DNA of 64,000 nt, taken from positions 6,690-70,689 of the forward strand of contig JAFWIH010000005.1 of assembly GCA_017533795.1 (NCBI GenBank), written 5' to 3'. Positions within the stretch are counted from its first letter, which is position 1. Each line of letters starts with the position of its first letter. This document shows positions 10,001 to 18,541 of the stretch, piece by piece. This stretch comes from Clostridia bacterium (GTDB taxonomy: Bacteria > Bacillota > Clostridia > TANB77 > CAG-508). Below the pieces are notes generated by a model. That model did not search any database and was not told the origin of the DNA. It was given only the letters and a program-made list of their open reading frames with translations. The position numbers were made by a program, and so were the translations under genes.

Positions 10001-11382
10001 GAAAAGGCGACGGTATATACGATGCAAGCAAAGAAAATAAGGTAAGTGGAGTAACAGTAGAGCTTATAGATGCAAATACTGGAAATGTAGTAACAGTATA
10101 TCCTCCAGAAGGAGATATAAAAGCTACAGATGGAAAAGCAGCAGGAACAACAACAGATAAAAACGGATACTATACTTTTAGAGGAATAGAGCCAGGAGTA
10201 TACTACATAAAATACACATATAAAAATGGAGCTACAAAACTAGTTGATATAAGTGGTCATGAACTAGAAGACAAGGTTACAGTACAAGACTATAAATCAA
10301 CAATAATAACTTCAAATACAATAAAAGAAGCTTTTGAGAATAACGAAAGCAACCGACTATGGTACAAAGAAAACGAAACAAGATATTCAAAAGCTAGAGA
10401 TAACTATGATACTAGACAAAAAATAGATAAAGGTGAAGCAATAGATAATCTAGATGCTACAACACCAAGATTTGACTTAGGTATTGAATATGAAACAACA
10501 TACACAGCGTCTACAGGAGATTCATATGAATATAAAGTAGCAGATATAGATTTTGGTATAGCAAAAAGACCAATACAATCTATTAAACTTACAAAACCAG
10601 TAAAACATATTAAAGTTACATTGCCTGATGAACAAGTATTAGTAGATAGTGATATAAATGAAGGAAATGCTCCAAAATATGTAACAATTACAGATACAGG
10701 AATATATGTAACAATAGATAATGAACTAATATATGGTTCAAAAATAGACATAGACTATGAGATAAAAGTTGAGAATAATAGTGAAAAAGATTATGCAAAT
10801 GAAACATATTATTACTATGGTACATCAACTGCTACAGACAATCCAATAAAATTTGACAAAGTAACAATAGCAGATTATGTAGATAAAGATGTATTACTAA
10901 AATCACAAGGTAATGAAGGATGGACATCTATAAGTAATAAGGATGATCTTAAAAATAAAGCGTACCTTGAATTAACTGATACAGCTAAAGATAACTTAAT
11001 GGCAAACTTTAGCACAGTTGCAGTAACTGATACAACAAAACCTCTTGCTATTGATGAAATTGAAAGCAAAACAATTTCAGTTGAAAAAATATTATCTTCA
11101 TCTGATGATGCTGAATTTAATAACAATGTTGAAGTTGTAAAAGTTGAACAACAAGGTGGAATTCAACGTTTAAGTGTAATACCAGGAAATTATGCTAGTA
11201 GATTAGCATCTGATGTAAATGCTATGCCAGAGGAAGATGATGAAGCAATGGCAAAAGCAGTAGCTATTATACCTCCTACAGGAGAAACTAGTCATATTAT
11301 AACTTATGCAGTAATTAGTGTAATAAGCTTAGCAGTATTAGGTTCTGGAATTTATGGAATTAGAAAATACCTAAAGAAATAA
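7015..11382 (+). CDS. Large wall-anchored adhesin/pilin-like protein (SpaA/Cna-B + two SdrD B-like domains)
   Basis: Signal peptide; GNLKITKKD…TNDNGEVEINKLKIGTYTVSEIK SpaA-like domain; ITGYVWKD and IEGTVFED SdrD-B motifs; IPPTG + TM + RKYLKK sorting signal. Confidence 0.82.
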   Translation: MSNIKRVLIFIIAAILVGATLISISNAANKTWTITDDSFKAKDVNVGDEVTIWSRYLHWRNGDNDYLTDNEKQSFITRANENFDFLCVEAGQQTGLDLYGGAGAGVKYKAVAKVHIRGFESTVTAGTKSGKDKVISTWNQYLACILNPERAEAKDRRWSEDSYLQRAAWRVMYGDDSTSGWMNCVGRDGTDEVPGHKITALYNFTIAKPDWVDKDYANPLYDFALETYSKEDGIRLLEIKLDDAAKNNIKAENIDNGRIKIGPLKYTFNNDAKFKTIEVSGKLSDGKTQSLSDIKYVVYDKKTLKEVALETIASGQEFYITIPDNTELTEITNINATVVRTVYSADIVFWSHSDGAQSGRHSQNQIQFTPDKEEEPASIPWNPELQLFGNLKITKKDYDNSKNISKVTFKLQDKDGKYVKQDKDGKISYVDEKDATLFSTNDNGEVEINKLKIGTYTVSEIKNPNKPYGGSTGDVDTDKIFYNLNISGEKQAVKDGKIQVNVNKGGDEYVNLYIYNEKKYVDITGYVWKDVIGGKDNNRAYAGEDIYADGDVLLEGIKVYLKDSNGNTINEATTNEKGEYKFENVLISELSNYHVEFEYDGLKYTSVKEKVGNDDTVNSKATEIVENRKAVNNRFAEVTNQGDIEKRDSGFSRDSNGNVTGNLGYELLNHIATLKSTTTNTSILATTGDSYKLADLYNEYKNNQNNDKGHYKENSDGSVELLNVNLGIKDRVMPQISLLTDIQSAQVDINGYSHTYSYGQKPTQDNNSFNVGVKFGDNNWPGEYTRAIYPSDIKQSASATEDSSKLKVRVTYQTKIANRSNTGTVSMAANEIVNYHDSRYRIVESWIDDGNRTAINWSEASKYGQKYDNSGFVGSYTQSLAGRKLQPGEVITLYTTYEVNDEAVLDLLNQKATLNNVFEINAYSSYYIAADEGCTENDIYAAVDNASAPGNATPNNKETFEADTDSAPSLILEAKGARTIEGTVFEDETTLENRERKGDGIYDASKENKVSGVTVELIDANTGNVVTVYPPEGDIKATDGKAAGTTTDKNGYYTFRGIEPGVYYIKYTYKNGATKLVDISGHELEDKVTVQDYKSTIITSNTIKEAFENNESNRLWYKENETRYSKARDNYDTRQKIDKGEAIDNLDATTPRFDLGIEYETTYTASTGDSYEYKVADIDFGIAKRPIQSIKLTKPVKHIKVTLPDEQVLVDSDINEGNAPKYVTITDTGIYVTIDNELIYGSKIDIDYEIKVENNSEKDYANETYYYYGTSTATDNPIKFDKVTIADYVDKDVLLKSQGNEGWTSISNKDDLKNKAYLELTDTAKDNLMANFSTVAVTDTTKPLAIDEIESKTISVEKILSSSDDAEFNNNVEVVKVEQQGGIQRLSVIPGNYASRLASDVNAMPEEDDEAMAKAVAIIPPTGETSHIITYAVISVISLAVLGSGIYGIRKYLKK

Positions 11383-11387
11383 TTAAT

Positions 11388-11423
11388 AAAAAATCACTCT
11401 AGTAAAAACTAGAGTGATTTTTT
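11388..11423 (+). terminator. Rho-independent terminator
   Basis: AAAAAATCACTCTAGT-AAAA-ACTAGAGTGATTTTTT. Confidence 0.85.
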
Positions 11424-11436
11424 AATTGGATAAGTA

Positions 11437-11466
11437 TTGACAATATAATGTAATATAATGTATAAT
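11437..11466 (+). promoter_or_regulatory. SigA promoter of rpsU
   Basis: TTGACA-18 nt-TATAAT. Confidence 0.7.
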
Positions 11467-11518
11467 AATACATGCATAAGAAGACAACATATGGACATCG
11501 GAAGGAGGGGAAATAATA

Positions 11519-11689
11519 ATGTCAGAGATAAAAGTTAATAATGGTAATATAGAAGATGCGCTTAAAAGATTTAAAAGACAATGCGCAAGAAATGGTGTAC
11601 TTCAAGAGGTACGTAAAAGAGAACATTATGAAAAACCTAGTGTAAAGAGAAAGAAAAAATCAGAAGCCGCAAGGAAAAGAAAAATATAA
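11519..11689 (+). CDS. rpsU: 30S ribosomal protein S21 (not in ORF track)
   Basis: [56 protein letters not shown]; RBS AAGGAGG. Confidence 0.97.
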   Translation: MSEIKVNNGNIEDALKRFKRQCARNGVLQEVRKREHYEKPSVKRKKKSEAARKRKI

Positions 11690-11696
11690 TATATTA

Positions 11697-11735
11697 AACA
11701 ACCAAAAGGAGGGATATCTTTTGGTTGTTTTTTTT
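11697..11735 (+). terminator. rpsU terminator
   Basis: AAACAACCAAAAG…CTTTTGGTTGTTT followed by a T run. Confidence 0.8.
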
Positions 11736-11800
11736 AGTAAACACTTGTATAATATTTCCAAAATATTGTATACTATATAAGATAAAGGAGGAAACACATT

Positions 11801-13069
11801 ATGGAATATAAAGTTACAGATATAAAAAAGGGAATTAAACTTCATACAATAAACACAAACAAATTTAAAACCAACATTATTGCTGTTTTTTTAACTATGC
11901 CTATTAGCAGAGAAACAGTAACAAAAAATGCAGTATTGTCTTCTGTATTAAGAAGAGGAAGCAAAACAATGCCAACACAAGAACAAATTAGCAAAGAATT
12001 AGAAGAAATGTATGGTGCTTCTTTTGATTGTGGATTGGACAAAACTGGAGATAACCATATAATAAAGTTCTACTTAGAATCAATAAATGACAACTTTCTT
12101 CCACAAAGTGATGAAAAAATGTTGAAAACTAGTATCGAAAAACTATTAGATATAGTATGTAATCCATTAGTAGAGAATAATGGATTTAAAAAAGAATATG
12201 TTGAACAAGAGAAGGAAAACATTAAACAAATAATTGAAGGAAAAAAAGACAATAGAGCCAAATATGCAATGACAAGATGTATAGAAGAAATGTATAAAGA
12301 TAAGCCATTTGGATTGTTTAAGTTTGGCTATGTTGAAGATTTAAATGATATTAATGAAGAAAATTTATATGATTATTATAAAGAATTAATAAATGAATGT
12401 AAAATAGATATCTTTGTTTCGGGTGAAATAGGAGAGGATACAAATGAATACCTTTTACAAAATGAAAATATTAAAAGCCTAAATGCAAGAACACCTAATT
12501 TTAATCAGTCTACCTTGGAAGAAAAAGAAATAAAAGAGCCTAATATTATACATGAGTCAATGGACGTAACACAAGGAAAACTAATAATCGGATTAGATTT
12601 GAACCTAAAGAATGATCAAGAAAAGTATAATGCATTAATGTATAACAGTATATTGGGTGGAACTGCAAATTCAAAATTGTTTCAAAATGTGAGAGAAAAG
12701 GAAAGTTTAGCTTATGTTGCAAGTTCAAGTTATTTAAGATACAAAAGCAATATAATTATTAACTGTGGAATAGAAATTAAGAATTATGAAAAAGCTTTAA
12801 ATAAAATAAAAGAACAATTAGAAGATATGAAAAATGGCAATTTTACAGATGAAGATATAGATAATTCTAAAAAAGTTATAATATCTACGATTAAAAGCAT
12901 AGATGATGAACAAGATACAGAAATAACTTATTTCTTTGGACAAGAACTTACAGGTAATGAAACAAATCTTGAAGAATATATACAGAAAATTGAAAAAGTA
13001 AAAAGAGAAGATATTATCAATATAGCAAATAATACAAATATTAATACAATTTATTTTTTAAAAGATTAG
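11801..13069 (+). CDS. ymfF: M16 family peptidase, non-catalytic subunit (YmfF-like)
   Basis: KFKT start, LEEMYGA, SKLFQNVREKESLAY; lacks HxxEH; paired with ymfH. Confidence 0.85.
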   Translation: MEYKVTDIKKGIKLHTINTNKFKTNIIAVFLTMPISRETVTKNAVLSSVLRRGSKTMPTQEQISKELEEMYGASFDCGLDKTGDNHIIKFYLESINDNFLPQSDEKMLKTSIEKLLDIVCNPLVENNGFKKEYVEQEKENIKQIIEGKKDNRAKYAMTRCIEEMYKDKPFGLFKFGYVEDLNDINEENLYDYYKELINECKIDIFVSGEIGEDTNEYLLQNENIKSLNARTPNFNQSTLEEKEIKEPNIIHESMDVTQGKLIIGLDLNLKNDQEKYNALMYNSILGGTANSKLFQNVREKESLAYVASSSYLRYKSNIIINCGIEIKNYEKALNKIKEQLEDMKNGNFTDEDIDNSKKVIISTIKSIDDEQDTEITYFFGQELTGNETNLEEYIQKIEKVKREDIINIANNTNINTIYFLKD

Positions 13070-13083
13070 AAAGGAATTATTAA

Positions 13084-14355
13084 ATGCAAGTTATTGAAAA
13101 TTTAAAAGTTAAAGAAAAATTATATACTGAAAAGTTAGAAAACGGTTTAACAGTTATGATTATACCCAAAAAGGGAATTCAAAAAAAATATATAATATGG
13201 GGAACAAACTATGGTTCAAATGATAGCAAATTTATTGTACCGGGAGAAAAAGAAGTAACAGAAGTACCTGATGGAGTAGCGCATTATTTGGAACATAAAT
13301 TATTTGAACAAGAAAATGGAGCAAATAGTTTAGATGTATTATCCTCCTTAGGAGTAAATGCGAATGCATACACTACCAATAATCATACAGCATATTTATA
13401 TGAATGTACAGATAAATTTTATGAGGCTCTTGACGAATTTATGGATTATGTTCAACATCCATATTTTACCGACGAAAATGTAGAAAAAGAAAAGGGAATA
13501 ATTGGGCAAGAAATAATGATGTATGATGACTATCCAGAATGGAAGGTATATATGAATGCTATGAACGCAATGTACCATGAAAATCCTATAAAAATTGATA
13601 CAGCTGGAACAATTGAATCAATAGCCCCAATTGACAAAGATATATTATATAAGTGTTACAATACTTTTTATAATCCATCAAATATGGCAATGGTTATCTG
13701 CGGAGACTTTGAACCAGAAGAAATTTTAAAAGAAGTAAAGAAAAGATTAATACCCAAAAACGCAAATGGAGAGATTAAAAGAATATATCCGGAGGAACCA
13801 GAGAGCATTGTACAACAAAAAGTAGAACAAAAAATGGAAGTAAATACACCACTATATGTTATAGGAATAAAAGATAAAGAAACTGGTTCAGAAGAAATTG
13901 TAAAGAAACATATTGCTATAGAAATATTATTAAATATACTATTTGGACAAAGCTCTAGATTATATAAAAAGTTATACAATGATGGAGTGATATATTCTTC
14001 GCCAATGTTAGAATATGAATTTGCTAAAGGATATGCACATGTGCTAATTACAGGACAAGCAAAGAATCCTGAAATAGTATTTGAAGAATTTATAAATGAG
14101 GTAAAAGTATTAAAAGAAAAGGGAATTAAAGAATCTGATTTTACACGTATAAAAAAAATGATTTATGGTAGTTACATTAAAGAGTATGATGGACCTCAAG
14201 ATATAGCAAGAATGTTCTTAGCTGATTATTTTAAAGGAATTAATAGTTTTGATTATTTAGAAGAAATTGATAGTGTAAATTTAGATTATGCTAAACAAGT
14301 TTTAGATGAGGTGTTTAATGAAGATAGAATGGTACTCTCTGTTGTAAAAAACTAG
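13084..14355 (+). CDS. ymfH: M16 family zinc peptidase (YmfH-like)
   Basis: PDGVAHYLEHKLF inverted zinc motif, NAYT, EKEKGIIGQEI.MYDD. Confidence 0.9.
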   Translation: MQVIENLKVKEKLYTEKLENGLTVMIIPKKGIQKKYIIWGTNYGSNDSKFIVPGEKEVTEVPDGVAHYLEHKLFEQENGANSLDVLSSLGVNANAYTTNNHTAYLYECTDKFYEALDEFMDYVQHPYFTDENVEKEKGIIGQEIMMYDDYPEWKVYMNAMNAMYHENPIKIDTAGTIESIAPIDKDILYKCYNTFYNPSNMAMVICGDFEPEEILKEVKKRLIPKNANGEIKRIYPEEPESIVQQKVEQKMEVNTPLYVIGIKDKETGSEEIVKKHIAIEILLNILFGQSSRLYKKLYNDGVIYSSPMLEYEFAKGYAHVLITGQAKNPEIVFEEFINEVKVLKEKGIKESDFTRIKKMIYGSYIKEYDGPQDIARMFLADYFKGINSFDYLEEIDSVNLDYAKQVLDEVFNEDRMVLSVVKN

Positions 14356-14435
14356 AAAATATGATATAATATATATATCATTGTTAAATTGCTTTTTAAA
14401 ATAAGAAAGCAACAATAAAACAGAGAGGAACTACC

Positions 14436-14627
14436 ATGTGCGACAATGAGACAAAAATTAAAGAAATCAAAAGAGGATTTGAAGACAAACATCATACTAG
14501 AATGCGTAACACATCATGGCACATGCCAAGAGAAACAATGCAGGAACTTGAGGATGAGCTTTATCAGGAGGCTGTTGAGGAAAGTTCAGAGGCATATATA
14601 GAGTTCCTATATATTTGTTTTTGGTAG
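14436..14627 (+). CDS. 63-aa orphan hypothetical protein
   Basis: RBS GAGGA, upstream TGnTATAAT (14361-14369) and its own downstream hairpin; no recognisable motif. Confidence 0.55.
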   Translation: MCDNETKIKEIKRGFEDKHHTRMRNTSWHMPRETMQELEDELYQEAVEESSEAYIEFLYICFW

Positions 14628-14632
14628 TTTAA

Positions 14633-14681
14633 AGAGAGTAGCAATTATTATTAGTTTTTTAATAAAAATTGCTACTCTCTT
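14633..14681 (+). terminator. Hairpin/terminator
   Basis: AGAGAGTAGCAATT…AATTGCTACTCTCT inverted repeat. Confidence 0.65.
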
Positions 14682-14733
14682 AATTTATAATAAATTAAAA
14701 TTTTTAGTTAATTTGTAAATTCTATAAACAGTA

Positions 14734-14740
14734 TGTCGAA
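14734..14740 (+). promoter_or_regulatory. Spo0A box upstream of the spo0E-like gene
   Basis: Exact TGTCGAA (0A-box consensus TGNCGAA). Confidence 0.55.
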
Positions 14741-14881
14741 TAATGTCTTAATAGTGTAAAAATAGCTGAAAATGGGCGAACGAAAGTTACAAAAATTTGC
14801 AAAAATTGCTTGACTTAAATGTAAGAATATGTTAATTTATAAATATACGTAGGATAAATAATAAAAAAGGAGAGATGAATA

Positions 14882-15040
14882 ATGTTAAATGATGAAATAT
14901 GTATATTAAGAGATAAATTAAATGACAGTATTGCCTCAGGCGATGACTATAGTGTAACCTATAAAATTAGTGTGGAACTAGATGAACTTATAGCCCAATT
15001 TTACAGAAATAACCTTAAAGAAAAGGTAAGTTGTAAATAA
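14882..15040 (+). CDS. Spo0E-family aspartyl-phosphate phosphatase (not in ORF track)
   Basis: MLNDEICILRDKLNDSIASGDDYSVTYKISVELDELIAQFYRNNLKEKVSCK*; SxELDxLI signature; RBS AAGGAG. Confidence 0.8.
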   Translation: MLNDEICILRDKLNDSIASGDDYSVTYKISVELDELIAQFYRNNLKEKVSCK

Positions 15041-15071
15041 AAAAGTTTAGCATATTTTGCTAAACTTTTTT
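15038..15071 (+). terminator. Rho-independent terminator
   Basis: AAAAAAGTTTAGCA-TATTT-TGCTAAACTTTTTT. Confidence 0.8.
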
Positions 15072-15175
15072 GCGGTTTAAGTATAGACATAAGACCTTAA
15101 TTGTTGTATAATGTAATATGTAGTAATATATTGTAAAAATATTTAAATAAGAGATATAGAAAGGAGAGCAAATAT

Positions 15176-16579
15176 ATGAATAACAGTGATATGCCAAGAC
15201 AGCTTCCGGATGTTTTTAAAGAATTACAGCAATCAAGATTTGAACAAGAATTAAATACAAAATTGAATATTAATAAAGCTAAAATGGTTAAAACATCTGA
15301 AAAAAGAAAGAAAGTAAAAGAAAAAATATCACAAAAGAAAGAAGCTGCATATCGTAACATGTGGAATGAACATTCTACTACAGAAGTTTTAAATTTTAGT
15401 GTAAAAAAAGCAGCAATAGTTACTATGGGAATATGTGCAATAGTTCTTACAGTAGTATCTAAAAATTATATATTTGCAGGAAACAACGAGGAAGAACCTA
15501 TTATAGAGACAAGCTATGTTGACTTTGAAGCAAATGACAATGCAATTAATTTAACTCAAATTGTATCAGAAAATGCCAGCATGGTTGAAGCAAAAGACTA
15601 TGTAAAAGAAGAAAGGGAAGTAGACTTTGAAACTGTCTATATTGAAGACACTTCTTTACAAAAAGATGAAAAAGTAGTTACCCAAGAAGGTTCAAAAGGT
15701 AAGGAAGAAGTAACTGCTATAAAAACATATCATAATGGAGAATTTATAGAAGAAAATATAATAGAAAGAACAGTAATATTAGAACCAATTAAATCAGTTG
15801 TACATACAGGAACATCAGAATTTTTAAGTACATACAAAGTTCATTTAGGAGATATATTATATGTTACATCAGAAGTAGCTTTAAGAGAAAAAGCAAGTGA
15901 TAGTGCAAAAGAAATTGTTAAAATACCACAATACTATGATGTAAAACTAGTTGAATTAGCAGGTGATTGGTGCAAAGTTTCTTTTAATGGACATGATGGA
16001 TATATTAAGAATACTGCAGTAACTTCATCAAGTTACACACCAGGAATTCTAGAACAAAATAGGAAACAAAAAATATTTGCAAGTGCTGGTGAAAGCATGA
16101 GTGTAAATAAAGCTAGTGGATTAACATTAGAAGACTTTAAAAAAGCTCTTTCTAATAATCCAAAAGATGTAAATAAAATTTTTGAAAATAATGCAGAAGC
16201 ATTTTTCAATGCAGAGCAAAAATACAATGTAAATGGATTATTTATAGCAGCTATAGGAATAAATGAGAGTGCATGGGGTACATCAAATATAGCATCAACA
16301 AAGAAAAACCTATTTGGATATGGTGCATATGATAGGGATCCATATAATTCTTCATATACATTCGAAACTTATGAAGATGGAATAGATTTAGTTACAAAAG
16401 TAATGGCAAAATATTATTTGAATCCAGCAGGTACTAAAATATATGGAGATGAAATGGCATCTGGAAAATACTATAATGGACCAACAATTGCGGCAGTAAA
16501 TATGAGATATGCTAGTGATACAGATTGGGCTAAAAAAGTATATACTTATATGGAATTATTATATAATAAATTAAAATAG
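15176..16579 (+). CDS. Membrane-anchored peptidoglycan hydrolase: TM + G5 + SH3b + GH73 glucosaminidase
   Basis: G5 (VVTQEGSKG…VHTGT), SH3b (WCKVSFNGHDGYIK), GH73 motifs INESAWG, NLFGYGAY, YASD. Confidence 0.88.
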   Translation: MNNSDMPRQLPDVFKELQQSRFEQELNTKLNINKAKMVKTSEKRKKVKEKISQKKEAAYRNMWNEHSTTEVLNFSVKKAAIVTMGICAIVLTVVSKNYIFAGNNEEEPIIETSYVDFEANDNAINLTQIVSENASMVEAKDYVKEEREVDFETVYIEDTSLQKDEKVVTQEGSKGKEEVTAIKTYHNGEFIEENIIERTVILEPIKSVVHTGTSEFLSTYKVHLGDILYVTSEVALREKASDSAKEIVKIPQYYDVKLVELAGDWCKVSFNGHDGYIKNTAVTSSSYTPGILEQNRKQKIFASAGESMSVNKASGLTLEDFKKALSNNPKDVNKIFENNAEAFFNAEQKYNVNGLFIAAIGINESAWGTSNIASTKKNLFGYGAYDRDPYNSSYTFETYEDGIDLVTKVMAKYYLNPAGTKIYGDEMASGKYYNGPTIAAVNMRYASDTDWAKKVYTYMELLYNKLK

Positions 16580-16591
16580 GAAAGAATTCAT

Positions 16592-17605
16592 ATGAAAAAA
16601 ATAAAGTTAAACAAAAGAGATGTTGTAGCACTTGTAATAATTGCAATAATTGTTATATCTTCATTTATATATGTTTCATACAAACAATTGCAATATTACA
16701 TGTTTGCCAACGAAATGGAAAATTTATATACAAAAAATGAAAATCCAATTTTCTGTATAGATAAAATTGTAATGTACAGTAGTGCCAATGCAATAGACAA
16801 TAGCGAAGGGCAAACAATGCAAGACCTTAATATTTGTCAATTTACAGATTTAGCAATTTACATAGACAATATGGTAGACATTAATGCTTTAGTAAAAGAA
16901 TCTGATGCGATGGGTGTTAGTACAGAGGAAACAAACGATGAAGCTTCAAGAAAAATTAAAGAGCATACAATAAAAGAATTATATATAGATAATATAAAAA
17001 TAGAAAATTCATCAGCAAGAGGTATAAAAACACTTACCTATAAAAGCCCTCTAAGATTTGGCAAATTTAAAACTGCTGATGAAGAATCTAAAAATAATAA
17101 TGAAGAAGTGTCTGCTGAAAAAGAAACATTATCAGGTGAAAAAACTCCAGAGAATAATGAAGAAAACAAACAAGTAGATGAGCAAAAAAACAACCAAGGT
17201 TTAGTATTTGAAGAACAACCTGAAAGAATCGATTTTGAAATAATATCAAATAATGTTGATAATGAAAGAAATGATTATACTAAACCTACGTTTTATGCAG
17301 ATTGTTCAAACCCAATAACATTAAATTATATGAACAGAGATATCGTAACTGGATATTCAGTATCTGCAGAAGATACACAAATTAAATTCGATGGAAGTAT
17401 ACTTCAAAGTGTAGGGATAAATCTTGCAGATATTTCTTGTTCGCTAAGTTTCGACATACACATGAAAAACAATTTAGACCAAAATTTTGCGTGTAGTGTT
17501 GGAATAGATATTCCACTAAGTAATGAAAACAAAACAATTTATAGTGGATATATGTATGGAATGCAAAACGAATTACAAAATCAATATAAGTTCTTTAAAA
17601 ACTAA
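16592..17605 (+). CDS. Membrane-anchored hypothetical protein (paralogue of 49553..50299)
   Basis: N-terminal TM; by-eye similarity to the 49553 ORF (see findings). Confidence 0.8.
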   Translation: MKKIKLNKRDVVALVIIAIIVISSFIYVSYKQLQYYMFANEMENLYTKNENPIFCIDKIVMYSSANAIDNSEGQTMQDLNICQFTDLAIYIDNMVDINALVKESDAMGVSTEETNDEASRKIKEHTIKELYIDNIKIENSSARGIKTLTYKSPLRFGKFKTADEESKNNNEEVSAEKETLSGEKTPENNEENKQVDEQKNNQGLVFEEQPERIDFEIISNNVDNERNDYTKPTFYADCSNPITLNYMNRDIVTGYSVSAEDTQIKFDGSILQSVGINLADISCSLSFDIHMKNNLDQNFACSVGIDIPLSNENKTIYSGYMYGMQNELQNQYKFFKN

Positions 17606-17661
17606 AATAAAGGTGCTATTAATGAAATAATAGCACCTTAAAAAATAAAAGGGGATTAATT

Positions 17662-18519
17662 ATGTTTGGAAAAAGAAGCGATGGTAAGGAATTAAAACAT
17701 GTCATGCCTTTTTTTAGGATAATGCCATGTATAATGAAAGAAAGAGACGACTCACAGGTATATTTTAATCAAGATATTGCAATCAAAAAAATTGATGAAT
17801 ATATTAGTTTAAAAGCACAAGAAGGGATAAAGATATCTCTGTTAGATATAATGTTTGCAGCAATTGTAAGAATATTTGCTGAAAAGCCAAAATTAAATAG
17901 ATTTGCTATAAATGGAAGAATATATGCGCGAAATAAAATCACTCTTGCAATTACCATAAAAAAAGCTTTAACAGAAGATGGAGACGAAACAACGGTTAAA
18001 GTAGATTTTGAAGGCACAGAAAATTTATTTGAAGTAAGAGAAAAACTCCAAAAACTTATTGTAGAGAATAAAGACTTAGAAGCAGAAAATGGTACAGACA
18101 AAATTGCTGGAGTATTATCTAAAATTCCAACATCTATATTAAAAGTTGCAGTTGGATTATTAAAATTTTTAGATAAACATGGGCATTTACCAGCAAGTAT
18201 AATAGAGGTTAGCCCTTTTCATACAAGTGCAGTAGTAACCAATGTTGGATCTCTTGGAATAGACTCAATATACCATCATGTATATAACTTTGGCACAACA
18301 AGTATGTTTTTTGCGATAGGAAAAAAGAAAAAGTCATATGTATTTAATGATGATGAATTAACAAAAGAAAGAACAGTAAATGTTGCATTCGTTGGAGACG
18401 AAAGAATATGTGATGGACATTATTATGCATCTTCATTTAGAAATTTAGCAAGATATTTAACACATCCAGAATTACTAGAAACAGGAGCAGAAAAGAAAAA
18501 AATTGATCCGGAATTATAA
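17662..18519 (+). CDS. Stand-alone 2-oxoacid dehydrogenase E2/CAT-like acyltransferase catalytic domain
   Basis: P.LNRF, TNVGSLG and DERICDG (canonical DHRxxDG); no lipoyl domain. Confidence 0.8.
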   Translation: MFGKRSDGKELKHVMPFFRIMPCIMKERDDSQVYFNQDIAIKKIDEYISLKAQEGIKISLLDIMFAAIVRIFAEKPKLNRFAINGRIYARNKITLAITIKKALTEDGDETTVKVDFEGTENLFEVREKLQKLIVENKDLEAENGTDKIAGVLSKIPTSILKVAVGLLKFLDKHGHLPASIIEVSPFHTSAVVTNVGSLGIDSIYHHVYNFGTTSMFFAIGKKKKSYVFNDDELTKERTVNVAFVGDERICDGHYYASSFRNLARYLTHPELLETGAEKKKIDPEL

Positions 18520-18541
18520 TCAATAATTTGGAGGTATACTC

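Noticed and set aside
17610-17640. Hairpin AAGGTGCTATT/AATAGCACCTT as a terminator
   Set aside because: Followed by an A run rather than a U run on the coding strand; may be a stabilising or processing stem, so not called
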